Below are positions 60,011-64,000 of a stretch of DNA of 64,000 nt, piece by piece. Within the stretch, counting starts at the first letter, position 1. The number at the start of each line of letters is the position of its first letter. The notes below the pieces were generated by a model. It was not told the origin of the DNA. It saw only the letters and a list, made by a program, of their open reading frames with translations, and made no database searches. The stretch lies in contig JANRJA010000056.1 of assembly GCA_033764315.1 (NCBI GenBank), positions 17,515-81,514 on the forward strand. The letters are read 5' to 3'. A program made the position numbers and the translations under genes. Source of the stretch: Oculatellaceae cyanobacterium bins.114 (GTDB lineage: Bacteria; Cyanobacteriota; Cyanobacteriia; Elainellales; Elainellaceae).

Positions 60011-61576
60011 ATGAACAATATGAAACGTCCGTTGGGTAACCGTCAGCGGTTTACTTGGAAGAAAGCGGCGATCGCTCTGATGACCTCAACTTGTGTTTTG
60101 AGTAGCTTTACACCATTCGCTACAGCAACTCCTGCTTCGTTTCAAATCAGCCAACGACAACAAGGTTGGAATGGATCCGTTAACATGTCACGTCTAGTCA
60201 ACTCTAGACAGGAAGTTACAGCTCTAGTGTTGCAATTAAATGTGTTGGACAAACCCGAAACCACCTATGCCAACGCAGTTTATCAAGTATTCGGCAGAAT
60301 TAATGGACGGTGGACGGAAATCTATACCAATACGGGTGCTCGATTGTTGCCTAACGGAGCAGGGCGTGTCACGCTGTCGCCAGAAGTAATTTTGTTGGAT
60401 GACCTGCGACTACCTGATGATGTTGATTTAGAGGGCTTAGAACTCAAGGCAGAGGTGCAGTTGCGCTACGACCTCCGCAACGGCCGGCGTAATCAAACTG
60501 TTGTACTAGAGCAAACGCAATTCTACACAGCCATCTCAACTGTCACCGCGCAACAAATTTCCAATACCCAACCCGGCAACGGCACTCAACAGAATGCCAA
60601 TCAAGGTCACTTTAGCCTTGCCATTCGCCAGTCGCAAGTAACACTGCCTGAAGTGATCGCGCGAGTCACCTTGCTGTCTCAACGTTCAGATAGATATTTG
60701 CAAGAACGGTTTGTGGGTGATTTTCGTTACCGCATGAACCAACGAGCACAGTTCGTTCAAGGACTCAATCCAGGCGATCGCGTTGTCGTACGTCTGTTTA
60801 CCCCCCAAAACGTGTTAGTTGGATACACCAAGTTTGAGTTGCTCGAAGACAACGCCGCGGTCACCCTGGTGTTGCCCAGTCAAGCCAATCAATATGGCAC
60901 CATTCGCACGGTCTATGGCATTGATTCTGATAGAAATGGGGCGATCGACTCTAACACCAGCACCTACGACTATTTCACCCAGATCACCCGATCGACCCAA
61001 CTCAGCCAAACACAAGTCACCTTCCTCAGCAGCACCCAAACCATTAACACCCGCTTGTTCCAGATTCAAGGGTTGCCGACTCCGCCACGTGATTGTGTTT
61101 ATAGGGAATCTTTTAGACGCGGATCGTTTTCGCTGGTGAGCCGCACATTGTACGTTTTCCGCCGTGGGTTGGCGTCGGCAATCACCGCATTGCCGGGGCG
61201 CGTCGTACAAATCATTAGCCTCAACAGCACTCGCATTGAAACGTATGAAGTCAGCCAACTGATCGTCACCTATCGCGAAGTTGGATATACAGAAGGCAGC
61301 ATCAGCAGCACCTGTGATATCCGTTGCGTCGATAGTGGAGATTACGACGATGATGACGACGACGATGACGACGATGACGACGACGACGATGACGACGACG
61401 ATGATGACGACGACGATGATGACGACGACGATGACGACGATGATGATGATGGACGTCGCCGTCGAGGTTGCAATCAGGGCATCGGTAATGGGGCAGAAGG
61501 TTGCGACCCAGGCAACTCTCGTCCTCACGGAGGCAGCAATGATGAAGGGGGACGCAGACCTGGACGCAGACGCTAG
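60011..61576 (+). CDS. Secreted hypothetical protein with poly-Asp tract and CNQGIGNGAEGCDPGNS tail
   Basis: Signal-peptide-like N-terminus (KKAAIAL...ATA), 521-aa ORF followed by a terminator hairpin. Confidence 0.85.
   Translation: MNNMKRPLGNRQRFTWKKAAIALMTSTCVLSSFTPFATATPASFQISQRQQGWNGSVNMSRLVNSRQEVTALVLQLNVLDKPETTYANAVYQVFGRINGRWTEIYTNTGARLLPNGAGRVTLSPEVILLDDLRLPDDVDLEGLELKAEVQLRYDLRNGRRNQTVVLEQTQFYTAISTVTAQQISNTQPGNGTQQNANQGHFSLAIRQSQVTLPEVIARVTLLSQRSDRYLQERFVGDFRYRMNQRAQFVQGLNPGDRVVVRLFTPQNVLVGYTKFELLEDNAAVTLVLPSQANQYGTIRTVYGIDSDRNGAIDSNTSTYDYFTQITRSTQLSQTQVTFLSSTQTINTRLFQIQGLPTPPRDCVYRESFRRGSFSLVSRTLYVFRRGLASAITALPGRVVQIISLNSTRIETYEVSQLIVTYREVGYTEGSISSTCDIRCVDSGDYDDDDDDDDDDDDDDDDDDDDDDDDDDDDDDDDDDDGRRRRGCNQGIGNGAEGCDPGNSRPHGGSNDEGGRRPGRRR
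61346..61450 (+). repeat. (GAY)35 trinucleotide tract encoding poly-Asp
   Basis: 105 nt of mixed GAC/GAT codons. Confidence 0.95.
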
Positions 61577-61603
61577 ATCGATAAGAGTAAGAGCATAAAT
61601 CAC

Positions 61604-61642
61604 AGAAGTTGAGGCTTTTCAAAACCCTCAACTTCTTGTTTT
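61604..61642. terminator. Terminator between convergent genes
   Basis: AGAAGTTGAGG...CCTCAACTTCT followed by TGTTTT. Confidence 0.7.
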
Positions 61643-61781
61643 GGGCAATTAACCCTCAAGCGTAAAGCTGTTTCGTATTGTGAAGGACACTCCAGGCACA
61701 GCAGAACTGTCAACGTTCAAAAGGATTGGCAACAAAATCACGAGAATTGGGGGTCGTTCCAGATCAACTGAAATCCTGAAC

Positions 61782-62204
61782 TCAAACAGAGACAGACGCC
61801 TTTGCATGACGCACACACTTGCCAATTTGAGTGTCAATCGCCATGATGTGGTTGACAAGCCAATCTGCCAATTGTGCATGGGCTTTGCGGGCAATGTCTT
61901 CACTCGCACCACTCTCTCGATATTCGGCTTGCAAAGTGCTGAAGATACTTAGAAATCGGGTATGCGCTTGATGATTAGTTTCAGCAATAGCACATTTATG
62001 CTTAGCCGCACAGTTTTCTTCTTGCTCAAAGTGCCACTCTGTGAAGTATTTCAAAAAAGTCAGGAGTTTTTTAATCGCTTTTGTCCCAGTTCCCTGCTCG
62101 ATCGCCTCTGACAGATCATTGAAAGCCGTGATCAATTCTTTATGTTGTGTATCAATCATCGGAACACCGACACTTAACTCATCGCTCCACTCAAATTTCT
62201 GCAT
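61782..62204 (-). CDS. Single-domain bacteriohemerythrin
   Basis: WSDELSVGVPMIDTQHKEL, HFEQEE, HQAH, WLVNHIMAID; likely ATG 62204. Confidence 0.92.
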   Translation of the reverse strand: MQKFEWSDELSVGVPMIDTQHKELITAFNDLSEAIEQGTGTKAIKKLLTFLKYFTEWHFEQEENCAAKHKCAIAETNHQAHTRFLSIFSTLQAEYRESGASEDIARKAHAQLADWLVNHIMAIDTQIGKCVRHAKASVSV

Positions 62205-62560
62205 ATAATCTCCATCCCGTGATTGGATATAGTTCAATATTGGTTCTACTGCTAGGGTTCCCAGGGTGCCAAGTCCTATTCATCATGGAAACAGCAATGT
62301 CAAAAAAAGTAACGATAAATAGAACCTTAGAAACCCTTACAAACCCGGTAATGCTGACGAAGGCGTTGTCAAAATAATCAAGCAGAATGGTGGTTTGTCC
62401 TATTAACCCAACAACGTTTGTGTTGACAAGAGTTCCTGCTTCAACTGCACTCAACACTCTCGTTACAGCAGGTTGAGCACAGCCGAAAGCCATACTCCAT
62501 TAACCGATCGTTGGTTGCCAAGTCAATCACGGGGGTAGTGGCTGCTATGAGTTAAATTTA

Positions 62561-63010
62561 CTAATCTCTCAAAGATTGTAGTAACTGAGTTGGCCGCATC
62601 GCCCTTACTCCCTCATACAAATTTGGATGATGCACTAACAAATAGTGCTCATATTCAAACCAGTGCATTTCACCCTTTTCTTGATTACAAGGTTTACAAA
62701 TTACCCACAGATTTTTAAAGTCCATTGATAGCCAAGGATATTGCGATCGCGGTAGTTTATGGTCAATAGTTCGACCCCCTTTTTCAGAAAAGCGATCGCC
62801 ACAAATTGGGCAATGCCAATCTGAATTCTTACTTGCCCAATCCTTGCTCTCTTGAGTCGTTCCACATTCATAATCGCCATTGACATATCGCCAGTGATCA
62901 AATTTTCGATAATTTTCAAAATCCTGTTGAGTCAGTTTGTGATATCGCTTATTGCCAATCTCATTTGCAAGATCAAATAATTCTTTTAAATCTTTATCAT
63001 CAAGATTCAT
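62561..63010 (-). CDS. HNH endonuclease (Zn-binding, McrA-like)
   Basis: CPIC...TIDHKLPRS...NLWVICKPCNQEKG. Confidence 0.9.
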   Translation of the reverse strand: MNLDDKDLKELFDLANEIGNKRYHKLTQQDFENYRKFDHWRYVNGDYECGTTQESKDWASKNSDWHCPICGDRFSEKGGRTIDHKLPRSQYPWLSMDFKNLWVICKPCNQEKGEMHWFEYEHYLLVHHPNLYEGVRAMRPTQLLQSLRD

Positions 63011-63021
63011 ACTAACTCTAA

Positions 63022-63447
63022 CTAACGCTTAGATTGTTTGACTGGCTTACGAGAAGTCTTCGTAGATTTTGGACTAAAATCAATTATTTCCATCTCTGTA
63101 TCAGGAAACTGTCGCTCGATTTCCACTTCAATTTCACTGACTTCTTTTGCCAATTGCTGATTAAAGGCTTCAATTTCTGTATGGGTTTGATATTTATGAC
63201 CAATGCGATCGGCTTCTAAAAAAAGCTCATCAAGACTAGTCTCTTCAAGCTCATCTCGCTCTAAAAATTCCTCAATCTTGTTGTAGAGATTAATAACAGA
63301 ATCCCAACCCACATTCTTGAAATGATTGTCTTTGAGCCACTTCTGATCGTCTTTACAGAGCTTTACTCGCAGAGTTGAGTTAGCACGTTGAACCTCGTGA
63401 TAACTCATTCCATTGAATTTTCTAGTTTTACTTTTCTGATTGACCAT
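63022..63447 (-). CDS. Hypothetical protein, middle gene of the HNH operon
   Basis: About 141-aa ORF, 11 nt upstream of HNH; ATG 63447 or TTG 63450. Confidence 0.8.
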   Translation of the reverse strand: MVNQKSKTRKFNGMSYHEVQRANSTLRVKLCKDDQKWLKDNHFKNVGWDSVINLYNKIEEFLERDELEETSLDELFLEADRIGHKYQTHTEIEAFNQQLAKEVSEIEVEIERQFPDTEMEIIDFSPKSTKTSRKPVKQSKR

Positions 63448-63459
63448 CAATCTAACTCT

Positions 63460-63990
63460 CTAGCCCTGCGTGCTCTTAAACCATTTCACCAAAGCCCGCC
63501 GAATTTCACTATCTTCATAGCGCAGCAATGTCTTCACATCAATTGCAATCTTGAGTTTGATTTGATCAATCAAATTCTTCAGGGCTTTGTTATCCTTCTT
63601 AAGCTGATCATTTACTTCGACTAGTTCTTCTTTTTCAGAAGCCAATATCTGTACTTGCTGATCTTTTCCTTCAATTTCCCTGGTCTTTTTAGTGACCATC
63701 CCTTTTTGAGCAGCTTGAAGACGTTGGCGTTTAATTAATTCAGGTCCAGCAAATACTGAAATTACTCTACGAATAGTCAATTCATCAGGGCTTTGATTAA
63801 AATCCACTCCTTCCAACGCTCGAAGAGCATCTGCCCTTGTCCAGCCGTCCTGCTCAAGCAGCTTAGAGCCTATCCGAAAACCTGAATTGCCCTTATAGCA
63901 ATACATGCAAAAGCAAGGTGGATCATCGCTAGATAGTTTTGTGGTTTCTTCTCCCAACGAATTAATAACCGTCGAAAGCGGTTCATCCAT
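63460..63990 (-). CDS. Coiled-coil hypothetical protein, first gene of the HNH operon; native 5' end probably displaced by an IS
   Basis: KLLEQDGWTRADALRAL...QRLQAAQKG...coiled coil; the first ~42 codons read through a putative IS end. Confidence 0.7.
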   Translation of the reverse strand: MDEPLSTVINSLGEETTKLSSDDPPCFCMYCYKGNSGFRIGSKLLEQDGWTRADALRALEGVDFNQSPDELTIRRVISVFAGPELIKRQRLQAAQKGMVTKKTREIEGKDQQVQILASEKEELVEVNDQLKKDNKALKNLIDQIKLKIAIDVKTLLRYEDSEIRRALVKWFKSTQG

Positions 63991-64000
63991 GAGTGTGTTC
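63866..64000. mobile_element. Putative end of an IS5-family-like insertion sequence (continues beyond the window)
   Basis: TTA|GAGCCTATCCGAAAACC resembles a GAG-starting IS terminal repeat at a TWA target; possible + strand ATG at 63989. Confidence 0.5.

Larger units (their letters stand above)
1..64000. repeat. HIP1 octameric palindrome (GCGATCGC) dispersed throughout the window
   Basis: Dozens of GCGATCGC occurrences in coding and non-coding DNA; hallmark of many cyanobacterial genomes. Confidence 0.95.

Noticed and set aside
60815..61603. 262-aa antisense ORF with poly-Ile/Val and the 61281-61598 poly-Thr/Met ORF
   Set aside because: Shadow frames of the GAY repeat in the real 60011-61576 gene
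62260..62290. CTAGGGTTCC resembling the guanidine-I (ykkC) riboswitch 5' motif
   Set aside because: The remaining conserved 3' elements are absent, and orientation and gene context do not fit
62191..62493. 100-aa minus-strand ORF between HNH and hemerythrin
   Set aside because: Overlaps the hemerythrin start in another frame and has no recognisable features; cannot be supported
1..64000. CRISPR array or rRNA
   Set aside because: No regularly spaced direct repeats with unique spacers, no cas genes and no rRNA signatures seen

Overview
This is a cyanobacterial chromosome segment: the HIP1 octamer GCGATCGC occurs dozens of times, and psaX and a Tab2-family gene are present. Gene content suggests a filamentous Leptolyngbya/Oculatella-like strain (inference). 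Most of the window is housekeeping, signalling and cell-surface genes. These include lipA, psaX (missed by the ORF track), rbp-rpsU, a phosphoketolase-like enzyme, PmbA/TldE, a multi-PAS hybrid kinase, a Ser/Thr kinase, a 1866-aa four-catalytic-domain phosphatase with an upstream Pho-box-like array, an HldE-type kinase, tRNA-Ser(GGA), tRNA-Leu(GAG), a tandem class III cyclase, two RTX proteins, frmA-fghA and a hemerythrin. Intergenic DNA is rich in MITE/REP-like elements, several in dense nests. The best novelty candidates are: (i) a tight three-gene operon (coiled-coil protein, unknown protein, HNH nuclease) at the right edge, a possible uncharacterised defence module whose first gene appears interrupted by an IS end at 63866; (ii) a secreted protein with a 35-Asp tract and a Cys-bracketed tail; (iii) a metallopeptidase with a C-terminal CGCxxC motif; (iv) a stand-alone pseudo-heterodimeric nucleotide cyclase. 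No CRISPR array or rRNA was seen. All calls are by eye, without database searches.
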